In this document: in pieces, positions 11,617-23,902 of the stretch
How positions within the stretch are numbered: the stretch's first letter is position 1
Layout of the letters: each line of letters opens with the position of its first letter
Source: Phyllobates terribilis
Taxonomy: Eukaryota
Length of the DNA stretch: 64,000 nt
Assembly (NCBI RefSeq): GCF_046119375.1
Contig: NW_027362762.1
Coordinates: forward strand, 636,864,001 to 636,928,000
Direction of reading: 5' to 3'
The notes under the pieces: generated by a model
The model's input: only the letters and a program-made list of their open reading frames with translations
Told to the model about the DNA's origin: nothing
The model's database searches: none
Position numbers and translations under genes: made by a program

Positions 11617-12409
11617 TGTAAGGCAGCGCTACTTATTATCCTAGGGGATACTCGCTTCGCTGCGTCAATTTAAAACACACCAGCCATATTTTTCTGTATT
11701 TCTCAACTCAGCAGTTTATTAACTCCATAAACTGCTGATCACTCAGTCCATCTTAGTGGCTCACCGACACACTGATAAAGTCCACGAGCCCAAGTGGCAG
11801 ACCGGCCCACTTGGCTCTAATTACAGCCTTCCGCAAGGTAATACTAACACAATGTCCAGGTACGTGTCCATAACACAAGAGTATTACCTTCGCCGGCTTC
11901 AGCTGTAACAGTCCTTTTCATACGCCACCACTGTGGCACTACGGCTTCCCACACGTGGTCTCCAGACGTCACTCCCTTTAAGGTTTACTGGCGTATTACA
12001 CATCTCATACCCAGGCTTCACCTTCCAGGACGCTTGTGTGGCACTCCAAGGCTTACTGGCATCCCCCACACTCTCACAGAGGGATCCAGGCTTCACCTCC
12101 ACCGGAGTCCACCAGGCCACTCCAGGCCTCACACGAGCGGTGTTCCCCCACACACACAGGGAACAGCCTCGTGCCTCTCACACGGTGCCCACACAGGAGC
12201 TCCCAACACACAGGAACACCTACACACCGGAACACACCCACACAGGAACACACAGGGTTTATATATACTGCAGCACACACACACACACACACCCACAGAT
12301 AGGACCTTAACTGTGTGCATAAGGACCTGTGTGACCAGTCAGTTAAAGGGGAAGGTACATGGTCATTCAAAACACACTGAACCATTAAAGGGATGTCTGC
12401 TGCATCACA
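11617..12409 (-). mobile_element. Probable solo LTR (about 790 bp)
   Basis: TGT...ACA ends, TATATAAA on - near 12260, AATAAA on - near 11715, CA-rich interior; no convincing TSD. Confidence 0.55.
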
Positions 12410-12539
12410 ACACAAATGTAGGAAAGTGGCTATAAAATTCTCTCAAGGTGGCAAATTATGCTCGCTAGACTACATCGTTTCAACAGAGAATTTATCTCCG
12501 ATTGATTATATGCATCTCAATGCAAGTCAATGGCGGCGA

Positions 12540-12746
12540 TTACGCTGCGTGTCCGCAAAATTAATGGACATGCTGCGGATTTTTGAGCGCAGCATAAACT
12601 CTGCGGAACAAACCGCAGCATGGGCATTGAAAGTGCGGCTTGTCATTGGGGACCATGGGGGCGGATTACCAAGCGTTTTTGAAGTGTTTATGCTGCGGAA
12701 ATTCCGCAGCATAAACGCTTGTAAAACGCATCGTGGGCACGCAGCC
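12540..12746. mobile_element. Harbinger-type MITE remnant
   Basis: Self-complementary tgcgg/ccgca motifs; ends gcacgcagcc followed by TAA. Confidence 0.5.
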
Positions 12747-12865
12747 TAAAAGAAAACCACACAATCATACAAATGCAGGAGACGATTAAATCTTTTGCTC
12801 ATTTATCTGTTAGCAAAATCATAAGACTAAATTCAAAATTCAATAGGCTGTCAAAACCTCTTAAC

Positions 12866-12941
12866 CCTGGCATTCTAACGTATGTCTCCAAAGAGACTGG
12901 AGCCTAAATCCAGCCCCTTAGATTGCTCTGCTTTGGTACTT
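12866..12941 (-). pseudogene. Degenerate tRNA-Leu(TAG) copy 1
   Basis: Minus strand CTAAGGGGCTGGATTTAGGCTCCAGTCTCTTTGGAG matches the vertebrate tRNA-Leu core CTAAGGCGCTGGATTTAGGCTCCAGTCTCTTCGGAG; ends decayed. Confidence 0.75.
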
Positions 12942-13157
12942 TTAAAAACATGCAGGTGCAAGCTTCCTTGGAGTAAGTAAAGTACATCTGACTATATTTA
13001 AGACTTGTGCATATTGGAAAATGGGCAAATTGCTAACCATCAGGACAAAATAATAATTCTAGGAACTGACTTTTCCTAAACAGGAAACCACAGACTCATT
13101 CAAACGCAGGAGAGGATTTAAGTATATACTCATTTATCTGTTAGCAAAATCATAAGA

Positions 13158-13219
13158 CCCACGCTTCTAAAGAGACTGGAGCCTAAATCAAGCGCCTTTG
13201 ACCATTAAGCCATGCTACC
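13158..13219 (-). pseudogene. 3'-truncated tRNA-Leu(TAG) copy 2
   Basis: Minus strand GGTAGCATGGCTTAATGGTCAAAGGCGCTTGATTTAGGCTCCAGTCTCTTTAGAAGCGTGGG; T-arm missing. Confidence 0.8.
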
Positions 13220-13251
13220 ATTAAAGTTACGTGCATGCAACCTTGCTACTC

Positions 13252-13333
13252 TGGCAGCAGTGGGAGTTGAACCCATACCTCCGAAAAGAATAGAGGCGAA
13301 ATACAGCTCCTCAGAGCACTCGACCATGCTATC
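13252..13333 (-). pseudogene. Full-length (82 nt) degenerate tRNA-Leu copy 3
   Basis: Minus strand GATAGCATGGTCGAGTGCTCTGAGGAGCTGTATTTCGCCTCTATTCTTTTCGGAGGTATGGGTTCAACTCCCACTGCTGCCA is colinear with tRNA-Leu; anticodon position reads TCG and the stems are mismatched. Confidence 0.8.
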
Positions 13334-13499
13334 CTTAAAGTAATGCGAATGCAAGCTTCTTTGGAGTAAGTGAAGTACCTCTGACTATAGTTACAACTTG
13401 TGCATGTTGGGAAATGCGCAAGTTGCTACCTACAAGGATGACAAAGTACTAAATCTAAGAACTGTCTTTTCCTAAATAGAAAGCCAAATGTAGAGATGA

Positions 13500-14175
13500 A
13501 GGGTGGCACACAGTGTCCAGATAAAATCTTCTTTATTTAATAAAATGTAACAACATGGATGCGGGGGGAGCGGGTCACCGTGGGGGCAACAGCTGACGAC
13601 ACTTCAATGGGTCCAGGTATGGTGTGAAATGGGGAGGGATGACTTTTATAGAAGCACACGTCCCTTCCTTTTTCCAAGTCACGACAACAAAATAATAATA
13701 CATGTCAGTATAACAAATGAACACATACAAGATTATAAAAATACTGCCATGTCAAGCTTCTCATTAAAACCTAGAGGACCTTGTGCGTTTGACCTTATTA
13801 TCCATTTAGCTTCTCTTCGTAGTAATAGTTTTTTGTGATTACCTCCTTGTGCAGGCAGGTGAACTCTCCCCAATCCAGTAAAACGTAGAACCTCCAGATT
13901 AGCATGATGTGTCTCGGATATATCAGTCTGGTAGAGCCTTTGCCTCATAGGATGGAATTAAAGTGCTCTCTGAAATGGACATACATTGATCTAATAGTTT
14001 TTCCTATATAGTATCTCCCACAAGGACAGAAAATAATATATACAACATATTGCGTTTTACAGGATATAAACTGTGATACATGGTGTGTGATATCACCCAA
14101 TTTAATAGGATTTGTATCCAGATGAAAACTGCAAAAACTGCATGAACCACATCTGTGGCTACCCACAACATTAGA
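13500..14175 (-). mobile_element. Penelope-like element 3' fragment (GIY-YIG endonuclease and 3' UTR)
   Basis: GSHRCGSCSFC, VVYIIFCPCGRYYIGKTIR, REH, LLRREAKWII, GPLGFNE; AATAAA on - near 13535. Confidence 0.9.
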
Positions 14176-14640
14176 GCTCTGTAACCAATATATAACGACA
14201 GCTTTCATATAGGATGTTAATCCAAAAAAGCAGGAAAAATTAGTTTATCAGAAAATTTAACCTTTATTGAATAAAGTCATGACACAATTAAAAAAAACTT
14301 AATAAAAAACACCAGTAGCTTCATATACAAAAGGTGGGTATCGTCAGAATATAAATGAATCACATGTACCATAAAAATGGATCACAAAACACTGAAACAA
14401 GAGTGTGGGGCTGGAGTATATATATTAGACCCAGTGGCTATAACCGACCAAAAAAATGAAGTTGCACAAAAATGTGTATTAAGAATAAGATTGGTGTTAG
14501 TAGCACACATTAGTAGTTCAGAATGAACTTAACTCACATGTGGTCAGATGAACAGTGTTTGCCATGATGTCCATTACCTGATGGAATAGGGAGGTAAACA
14601 AACCAGACGACCCGCCGCTCCGTCGCGCGTTTCGTCAGCC
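14175..14640 (-). repeat. Inverted copy (arm 1) of the Penelope pseudo-LTR at 16829-17290
   Basis: Near-identical reverse complement of 16829-17290 (e.g. tataacgacagctttcatataggatgttaatcc versus ggattaacatcctatatgaaagctgtcgttata). Confidence 0.93.
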
Positions 14641-14653
14641 TTCTTCAGGGAGC
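14617..14653 (-). ncRNA. Minimal type-I hammerhead ribozyme motif with mutated cleavage triplet (GAC for GUC)
   Basis: Minus strand GCTCC CTGAAGA AGGCTGAC GAAA C GCGC GAC GGAGC: stem I GCTCC/GGAGC, CUGANGA and GAAA cores. Confidence 0.75.
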
Positions 14654-15129
14654 GCAATGTTAGATGTGTAATGTAAGCTATATATAGGGGTTGCTGATCA
14701 CCGGAACAGCACTTGCAGCTGTTCAATCAATAGCCGCCGACCGGAAGTCAGATGGTACTCGGCGCGCATGTCAGATGACGACTTCCTATGAAGTGTGGAC
14801 TTCCATTCATGGTCCGTGACCCACAAGCGCTGGGTTGCGTAGCAACACAAACATCAGCGGTCACATTGTCAATGTCGGGAATAGCCAGGAAGTTAGTCTA
14901 TCATACATGCGCGCACCCATTTACACTGCAGGGAACATGTGGAAAGGTCAGTGCCGAACAGAGTATACCAGAATTAGTATGAATTTATAAATGTGCAAAA
15001 ATAAAACGGTTTTAAGACACAATAACATGGGTCATTTGTATTAATTAAATAAGCCATGTGTGAATATATATGAATAAATGTACTGAGAGGGCAGATTCAT
15101 CTCACCTCCCCTCCCCATTCGGGGTATAC

Positions 15130-15990
15130 CGGTTGGGCAATATCTAAGAGCCAGAAGGATGTGTTCCATGGATGAGGGATTTGAGCAACAAGCTTTGGAA
15201 CTTTATGTCCGGTTTAGAGAAAGGAGATACGGACATAGACAGATCAGACGAGGATATTGGCAAGCTAAGAAAGTTAGTAGGGATCAGCTACTCTATTCAA
15301 CAAATATCCCCAAAGCAAAACCAAGTTTCAACCAAGTGAGGCTGATAACTTCATACAATTGCCAGTGGAGAGATTTTTCTAAAATTATCCAGAAACATTG
15401 GTCTGTTTTACAAACCGACCCAGTATTGGGAAAGATTTTACCCGGAAAACCCTGTATCACCGCAAAAAGATCGAAAAATCTGAAAGACGATTTGGTCCGT
15501 AGTGAATATCAACCCGCAAGGACAAAGCCTGTCACATTTAGGGAACAAATTTAGGGCTTTTGCCCTTGTGGTCAATGTAAAGCGTGCCTCAATACCGTTC
15601 GAAGTAAAGAATTTTTTAATTCAACTAAGGATCGAAGCGAGTTCCCCACTTGTTCAACAAAGGGGGTGGCCTATGTGGCGGAATGCCCATGTCACAAAAT
15701 ATATGTGGGCATGACCACCAGGGAGTTCATGATTCACGTAAGAGAGCACGTGCGCGATATTGAAAAGGCCAAAAGTTCGGATGAAGATGAACAGCTAAAA
15801 ACACTCCCCAGACACTTCAAACGCTTCCACAATGCTGATGCAACATTTTTGAGAGTGAAGGCTATAGACAAGGTATCTTTGGGAAGTAGGGGGGGGGGAT
15901 TTATTTAAGATCTTATCTCGTGTTGAAAGCCGATGGATCTATCGATTGAATTCCATAGTACCCAATGGGCTTAATGAAAATTTTGTCTTT
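15130..15990 (+). pseudogene. Penelope-like RT C-terminus and GIY-YIG endonuclease fragment
   Basis: LITSYNCQW, LQTDPVLGKIL, KRSKNLKDDLVRS, YVAECPCHKIYVGMTTRE, REHVRDI, LPRHF, WIYRLNSIVPNGLNE. Confidence 0.9.
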
Positions 15991-16828
15991 GGCTCATTTC
16001 TGTAGTTCGCTGTGTATTTTACTTTATGTTTTTAATACCACTTTTTGTTTATTTTTATACATAGTGGGGATGTCTCATCACCCATTTTCTTGCTGTGATT
16101 GCTGCGGCCGTCTCTCGTTTGGTTATTCATCTCGTTTGAGGATCTACGTGACAGGGATTATCATGATGGAGGATCAGCATGAATGTCTCTTTCCTTCCCC
16201 CTCCCTTCTTTATATATTTGAATTCAATATTATATTTATTCATGCTAGTATATACTTGAATGTAATGTCATTTTTATTTATACGCTTCATGCTGTCTATT
16301 TATTATATAACATGCATTGATGTTTTTGACCTATATGGTCCATTGGCACTTTAAATTCAAGTATATACTAGCATAAGTGGTACATAATTAATGTCCTATT
16401 TATTTATGCTATTCATACTGTCCATTTATTTATTATATATATGCATTGATGTTTTTGACCTGCATGGTCCATTGGCACTTTTATTATGTACCACTTATTT
16501 TCACATTATATTTATCACATAATCAATATTCATTTTTTTTTATTTTATTTTTTTTATATTTTATGTAATATATGAATTTGGTTATATTTATTGTGTATTT
16601 ATTGTCACCTTCATTTTATGTATTTTATTCATATATATTTACCATTTCATGCACCCCTTTGAGCATTTCACATATTTCAATCTATTTTGTTTTTTAATTC
16701 ACCACACACATAATGAATTACATCTTTTTCCACACATTTACATATATCCTAAACACATAATCTTTTTCACATATGATCCTTCAATATATCATAAAATCCT
16801 CAGCACATTTATTCATATATATTCACAC

Positions 16829-17290
16829 AAGGCTGACGAAACGCGCGTCGGAGCGGCAGGTCGTCTGGTTTGTTTACCTCCCTATTCCATCAGGTAATGG
16901 ACATCATGGCAAACACTGTTCATGTGACCACATGTGGGATAAGTTCATTCTGAACTACTAATGTGTGCTACTAACACCAATCTTATTCTTAATGCACATT
17001 TTTGTGCAACATTTTTTTGGTCGGTTATAGCCACTGGGTCTAATATATATACTCCAACCCCACACTCTTGTTTCAGTGTTTGGTGATCCATTTTTATGGT
17101 ACATGTGATTCATTTATATTCTGACGATACCCACCTTTTGTATATGAAGCTACTGGTGTTTTTTATTAAGTTTTTTATTGTGTCATGCCTTTATTCAATA
17201 AAGGTTAAATTTTATGATCTGATATACTCATTTTTCCAGCTTTTTTGGATTAACATCCTATATGAAAGCTGTCGTTATATATTGTTAGAG
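16829..17290 (+). repeat. Penelope pseudo-LTR (arm 2) carrying the 3' half of a hammerhead motif
   Basis: AAGGCTGACGAAACGCGCGTCGGAGC at 16829-16854; inverted partner at 14175-14640. Confidence 0.9.
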
Positions 17291-17379
17291 TTTTTGTGAT
17301 CATTATTACTACATATGGGATCACTACATAAAGCTCACTTGCTTTATGTGAATAAAGGATCTTCATATTTAATCGCTTG

Positions 17380-17570
17380 CTCGAGTGCCGCCTTCTATCT
17401 ACTATCAGGATATCAAAAGAGAAAACAGGTATCCTGAAGGAGGTGCTCGAAACGACCATACAACCCCTGAATGTAATCAATCTTACGGATCATACTCTGG
17501 ACTCTGACATGTCATCACTGCTATGGAAAGGACTTAACTTCTGTATTCCTGAAAAAATTTATATAGTGGA
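17380..17570 (+). pseudogene. Penelope-like ORF N-terminal fragment
   Basis: LNVINLTDHTLDSDMSSLLWKGLNFCIP matches the VINLS...L.KGLNF.P motif. Confidence 0.7.
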
Positions 17571-18750
17571 CGTTTTTGTGTTTTCGTTTTTTGCTCCCCT
17601 TCTTCCCAGAGCCATAACTTTTTAATTTTCGGGCAATATTGCCGTGTAAGGGCTTATTTTTTGGGGGGACAAGTTGTACTTTTGAACGACATCACTGGTT
17701 TTACCATATTGTGTACTGGAAAATGCGAAAAAAATTCCAAGTGCGGTGAAATTGCAAAAAAAGTGCAATTCCTCAGTTGTTTTTTTTTTTTTTTTTTTTT
17801 CACCATGTTCACTGAATATTAAAACTGACCTGCAATTATTATTCTCCAGGTCATTATGAGTTTGTAGATCCCATGTATAGGTTCTTTTTTATTTAAGTGG
17901 TGAAAAAAAATCCAAAGTTTGCTTAAACAAAAAAAAAAAGAAATGTCGCAATTTTCCCGAGACCCATAGCACCTCCATTTTTTGGGATCTGGGGCCGGGT
18001 GAGGGCTTATTTTTTGCGCGCCGAGCTGACGTTTTTATTCATACCATTTTGGGGTAGATCCAATGTTTTGATAGCCCGTTATTGCATTTTATTGCAATGT
18101 TGCGGCAACCCAAAAAACGTAATTCTGGCGTTTAGAATTTTTTTCTCATTACGCCGTTTACCGATCGGATTAATTCTTTTGATATATTGATAGATTGGGC
18201 GATTCTGAATGCGGCGATACCAAATATGTGTATGTGTTTTTTTTTTTTATGGTTTTATTTTCAAAGGGGGGTGATTTTAAACTTTTATATATTTTTATAT
18301 TTTAAAAAACATTTTTTTCACTTTCTGCATGCTTCAATAATTTCCATGGGAGACTAGAAGCAGCACTTGTCTGATCTACTGTGCTACATACAGGCAATGA
18401 GCAGATCACCTGTGTGTAGCAGATTTGCTCACTTGCTATGACCGCCGACCGGTGGACGGTGCTCATAGCAATCTGGCAATGACAACCATAGGGGTCCCCT
18501 GCAGACCCAATGTTGTTATGCCAACCCATCGGGGACCTGCGATCATGTGTCTGGGTTGCCAATGGGCGGGGTCAATGACGCGCTTCCCGGAAGCGCAAGT
18601 TAAATGCCACTGTCAGAGATTGACATTTAACTGGTTAACAGCTGTGGGTGGAATCGCGATCCACTCACGGCTGTTGCGGGCTCATGTCAGCTGTATAGAT
18701 CAGCTGTCATGTGCCCGGAAAGGTGCGGGCCAAAATTCCTCCACAGTGTT
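17570..18750. mobile_element. Non-autonomous DNA transposon fragment (possibly TTAA/piggyBac-type)
   Basis: Shares gggacaagttgta and ccataactttt blocks with 35270-35560 and 35920-36120; no coding capacity. Confidence 0.45.
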
Positions 18751-18759
18751 GTAAAAGAC

Positions 18760-19047
18760 TTATTGCAAGTTATTGCAAAAGCTTGATTGCAGTTGTTGCT
18801 GCTAAGGGTGGCCCAACCAGTTATTAGATTTAGGGGGCAATCTCTTTTTTTCACACAGGCCCTGTAGGTTTGGATTTCTATTTCCCTTAATAATAAAGAC
18901 CTTCATTTAAAAACTGCATATTGTGATTACTTGGATTATCTTTGTCTAACATTTAAATTTTGTTTTGTGATCTGAAACATTTAAATGTGACAAACATGCA
19001 AAAGAATAAGAAATTAGGAAGGGGGCAAACACTTTTTCACACCACTG
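18760..19047. mobile_element. Tc1-like right inverted repeat (resembles Frog Prince/Txr, from memory)
   Basis: Ends gggggcaaacactttttcacaccactg followed by TA. Confidence 0.75.
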
Positions 19048-19049
19048 TA

Positions 19050-19502
19050 TATGCCACCTATAGCGTTAGGTAATGCAATCAATTTGTTTCATGATTTAGT
19101 TATTAGAGACATTGAGGCCGTGATTTATCCAGAGATACCCAGGAATCTTAAGGACAGTGAATAAATATATTGTGTTAAAAAAGTTAATGAACTGGAAGGA
19201 TACATTTATACAGAAAGCAGATGGGGGGGACATAGTCCTCATGTCTAGAGAATATTACACGCAAGAAGCGATAAGGCAATTATCAGATTGTTCCACTTAT
19301 ATTGTCCTCTGATCCGACCAGTAAATTTAAGTCCAAGTTACAGTCTCTTTTGAGAAAATATGTACATTTCGGCACTTTGTCTTGCAAAACAGCCAATAAA
19401 TTGTTCCCGGAATTCCCTCTTTGACCTCATTGGTACTGTATACCTAAGGTTCATAAATCTATGACTACCTACCCCCCTCCTGGGCTGCCCAATAATCTCA
19501 GG
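19050..19502 (+). pseudogene. Penelope-like RT, 5' half
   Basis: KADGG..VLMSREYYTQEAIRQLSD and PLLGCPIISG; continues at 22689 across an 8-bp TSD. Confidence 0.8.
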
Positions 19503-22500
19503 CAGTGTCGGACTGGAGTGTCTGGGGCCCACAGGAAGAATTGACCCTAGGTGTCCACCCTACATATATATCTTACATAGTCTCCTTTATTGTGTATATT
19601 GCCATCCCTTATTACATAGTGCCCTCTCTTGTTATGTACAGCACCGTCCCTTACATATTGGATTATTTATAGCTTCCTGTCTTTATTACATACCGTCCTT
19701 TCTTGTTAGATATATAATGCAATGACGGTTGATGGAGCATGGGAAAGCTTATTTTCTGATGGAGGAGCTGATGGACTGGTCTAATGGTCACCGGCTGCTC
19801 CATCAGCAGTCATTTTATATTTAACAAGAGACAACTATGTAGTAAAAGAGGGCACTGTGACTGACAAAAATAACTAGAATACGCTATGTAAGGGACAGCA
19901 CTGTACATAACAGAAGAGGAAGCTATATAATAAGAGACAACAACATATATAACTAGAGAGGATGGTACGTAATAAGGGAGGGTGTTATACATAATAAAAA
20001 ATGAAATGATGTAACTAAGGGTGGCGCTATACATAAGTGAGTACACTATATACTAAGGGACTGTGCTATACATAAGGCTACATTACATTCCTGTATCCGT
20101 GTGCAGTGTCGGTGTGCTGCCCGCTTTTACAGATGCCTTGAACATGCCTTATTCTGATCCTCAAAATCGGATCAGAGCAGGACATTCTCTGACCCCAACA
20201 ATCTCATTCTCAGATCTGTGATTTTCACGGATGTGTGAATGGACCCAGAAAATTCTATGAGTCCGTGTGCCGTCCGATAAAAAAATCTGGCAGCTCACGG
20301 GCATTTCACACAAATGTGAGAACGCAGCCTAAGGGATTTTACAGATAACATTATCACTACAAGTCCAAGTCACACAGTGCAGATATAGAATAATATTTAC
20401 ATCCAGAAACTTACTGCTGATGTCTCATCTGATTAGAGTCAGTTTCTGCTACTTCTTCTTCATCTGGTCAGACTTTCATGTCGACATCTCCCAGCCACCA
20501 CTCATCTTGTCACGATGATCACTGCAGCCCTTAAAAAAAACAAGGTCACATATATTGTATACATACAAGTGTCTCACCTGCACTGCGCCCCTAAATACAG
20601 ATTTCACCCCATCATTAATATACTATTAGACAATTAGCCACGCACCAATCAAAATATATCCATCATTGTCATATCTCCCCACCTCCATCATTGTCATATC
20701 TCCCCACCTCCATCAATGTCATCTCCCCACCTCCATCATTGCTCTCTCCATCCCCATCATTGCTCTCCCCCACCTCATGCACTGCTCTCCCCTACCTCCA
20801 TTATTGTTCTCCCCATCACCACCATTGCTCTCCCCTACCATCATTGCTCACCCCATCCCAATCATTGCTCTCCCCCACCTCCTCCATCATTGCTCTCCCC
20901 TACCTCCTGCATTGCTCTCCCTATCCTCATCATTGCTCTCCCCCACCTCCTCCATCATTGCTCTCCCCCACCTCCATCATTGTTCTCCCATCACCATCAT
21001 TGCTCTCCCCCACCTCATTCACTGCTCTCCCCTACCTCCATCATTGTTCTCCCCATCACCACCATTGCTCTCCCCTACCATCATTGCTCACCCCATCCCC
21101 ATCATTGCTCACCACATCCCCATCATTGCTCTCCCCCACCTGTTCCATTATTGCTCTCCCCTACCTCCTGCATTGCTCTCCCTATCCCCATCATTGCTCT
21201 TCCCCACCTTCATCATTGCTCTCCCCCACCTCCTCCATCATTGCTCTGCCCCACCACCATTGCTCTCCCCACCTCCATCATTGCTCTCCCCCACCTGCAT
21301 CATTGTTCTCCCCATCATTGCACACCCCATCATTGCTCTCCCCACCTCCATCATAGCTTTCCACCATCATTTTTCTCCCATCCCCATCATTGCTCTCCCC
21401 ACCTTCATCATTTCTCTCCCCATCCCCATCATTGCTCCCCCCATCATTTTTCTCCCCATCACCATTATTTTTCTCCCCATCATTGCTTTCCCCACTTCCA
21501 TCATTGTTCACCCCATCATTGCTCCCCCCACCTCCATCATTGGTCACCCCATCCCCGCCATTGCTCTCTCCACCTCCATTGCTCTCCCCACCTCCATCTT
21601 TGCTCTCCGCCACCTCCATCTTTGCTCTTCCCCACCTCCGTCATTGCTCTTCCTATCTTCATCATTGCTCTCCCTATCATTGCTCTTCCCACCCTCCATC
21701 ATTGCTCTTCCCCATCATTGCTCTGCCCCACCTCCATTATTGCTCTGCCCCACCTCCATTATTGCTCTGCCCCACCTCCATTATTGCTCTGCCCCACCTC
21801 CATTATTGCTCTGCCCCACCTCCATTATTGCTCTGCCCCACCTCCATTATTGCTCTCCTCCAACTCCATCATTGCTCACCCCATCCCCATCATTGCTCAC
21901 CCCATCCCCATCATTGCTCTCCCCATCCCCATCATTGCTCTCCCCCCACCTCCATCATTGCTCTCCCCCACCTCCTACATCATTGCTTTCCCCCTCCTCC
22001 TCCTTCATTGCTCACCCCATCATTGCACACCTCCACCTCTGTCATTGCTCTCCCCACCTCCATCATGGCTCTCCTCACCTCCATCATTGCTCTTCCCATC
22101 CTCATCATTGCTCTCCCCATCCCCACAATTGTCTCCCCCACCATCCCTCATTGTCCTGTTCCTCTCCCAAACCAGTGTATCAGTAAAAAAAAACAAAAAA
22201 ACAACTCGCCTCTCTGCTTTTTCCCCCGCAGCAACTTTCTCCCTTTCGCAGGCGTGCGCTGCATGATGACGTCACCAAGCCGTGTCCCTGTGTCAGGGAG
22301 AAAGCACCAGGTAGGAAGCAGAGGATGGATCCCTCAGCTCTTCTGCCATTTTCCTCCTGTCAGCAGTGGAGCTGGAGGGATCGTTCCCTGCCCGTCACAC
22401 ATGAAGAGGGCAATCTGGCCATGGGCCCCCCAGAGCCTTGGGGTCTGAGAAGCCGGCCAGATTGCCCTCATTATTAGCTGCCCTGCAAGGGCCCACCTGC

Positions 22501-22688
22501 ACCTCCGGGTCCCGTTGGAGCAGCTCCGGGAGTATCCCCACCACTGCGTCAGCCGCCGGCCACTGATATGTCGGCGGCCATGTTAACCAGCGGGCCCCCT
22601 GTGCATGCTGCTCGGGGGCCCGCCGAGGACCCGGGCCCACCGGAGAATTCTCCAGTGTCCCGGTGCCCAGTGCCTCAATCCGACCCTG
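19503..22688. mobile_element. 3.2-kb non-autonomous hAT element
   Basis: TIRs CAGTGTCGGACTG and CAATCCGACCCTG; perfect 8-bp TSD ATCTCAGG at 19495-19502 and 22689-22696. Confidence 0.9.
20660..22170. repeat. Pyrimidine-rich minisatellite (CCCCACCTCCATCATTGCTCT variants)
   Basis: Dozens of 15-30-nt variants of ccatcattgctctcccc; lies inside the hAT element. Confidence 0.95.
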
Positions 22689-23564
22689 ATCTCAGGAGTG
22701 GGAACTTTAACAGACACTTTGTCCAAATACATGGATCGTCTCTTACGACCCCTCCTGTAGGATGATGTTCCCTCCTATATAAAGGACACAGGCGCGTTCT
22801 TAAGGGTGATACAGGAATTTGCATGGCAAGAGGGCTTTTTCTGGCGTCAGTAGACAAGGAGAGTCTAAATTCTAGAATTCCCCACTGCCTCAGTACGAAG
22901 GCGGTGTGGAATATTCTATCACACACCCACAAAAAACAGAACTTTAACAATTATGTATGCGATTCTATTGATTCCATCTTCTCACACAATGCATTTAAAT
23001 TCCTTGATAAATGGTATGTGCAGTGCGCAGGAAAAGCCATGGAAACATCTGTAGCTTGTATCCTGGCAAATTTATTTCTGGCTGTTTTTGAAGAAAAATG
23101 TTTTATCTCCACATAATCCCTTCCTTAAATTTATAAAACTTTTCATACTCAATGTGGATGACATCTTTGTTGTGTGGGCAGGGAATAAAGAGCAGTTTCA
23201 GGAATTAGTTTTGTATCTAAATACAGCCAATGACATGAATATGACATTTAAATCGGTCTTCGGGGGCCTGGAATTGAGTTTCTTGGATGTCAAAATTTAA
23301 GCCCATAATGGATACTTATTAACTGAGGGGTTTTATAAAACCTACCTCTACAAATTCACTCCTTCACTAAAATAGTGCGCACCTCTTACACATAAAAACC
23401 TCTTTACCCTATAGTCAATTCCTCCGCTTGAGGAAAATGAACAATTCTGATAGTTTATTCATGGAACAAGCGGTGATTTAACAAACATATTTCTTTCAAG
23501 GAGATATCCAGATTCTGTCCTAGATGAAGCGCTAAACAGAGCTAGCAAGTTTATGCAAACCGAC
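22689..23564 (+). pseudogene. Penelope-like RT, 3' half
   Basis: ISGVGTLTD, SYIKDT, LASVDKESL, GKAMETSVACILANLFL, NVDDIFVVW, LSFLDVKI, RGYP; stops and frameshifts. Confidence 0.88.
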
Positions 23565-23902
23565 CAGTAGCGTAGCTACCGGGGGAGCAGAGAGTGCGGT
23601 CGCGCCGGGCCCAGTGCTCAGGGGGGCCCACCACGGGGCGCCCACCCGGAGGTATGCTATGCTTAACTATATCGGAGTGCACAGCATGCGGCTCTCGGCT
23701 GGCTCCCTTCTCCCTGTGCTCAGCTGTATTCAGTCTCTTAGAGGTGAATACAGCTGGGCAACACTGAAGCGAGGGGACGTAGGGGAGCTCTCATCATCTC
23801 CCCGCCCCGATGTGCAGCAGAGTGAAGAGGTCGCACACAGCTGACCTCATCACTCTGCTGTGATTACTGAGCCGCAGAGTGGCAAAGGACGAGTTCTGCT
23901 TG
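23565..23902. mobile_element. 5' part of a hAT-type MITE (CAGTAGCGTAGCTAC...) interrupted by the LTR element
   Basis: Terminal CAGT(A/G)GCGTAGCTAC motif and GC-rich gggccc subterminal; right TIR not found. Confidence 0.55.

Noticed and set aside
12866-13333. Functional tRNA-Leu genes
   Set aside because: Stem mismatches, a missing T-arm or an altered anticodon in every copy.
20666-22448. Long ORFs of 506, 516 and 352 aa rich in Pro/His/Ser/Leu
   Set aside because: All frames of a stop-poor minisatellite inside a TSD-bounded non-autonomous hAT element; no domain content or splice structure.
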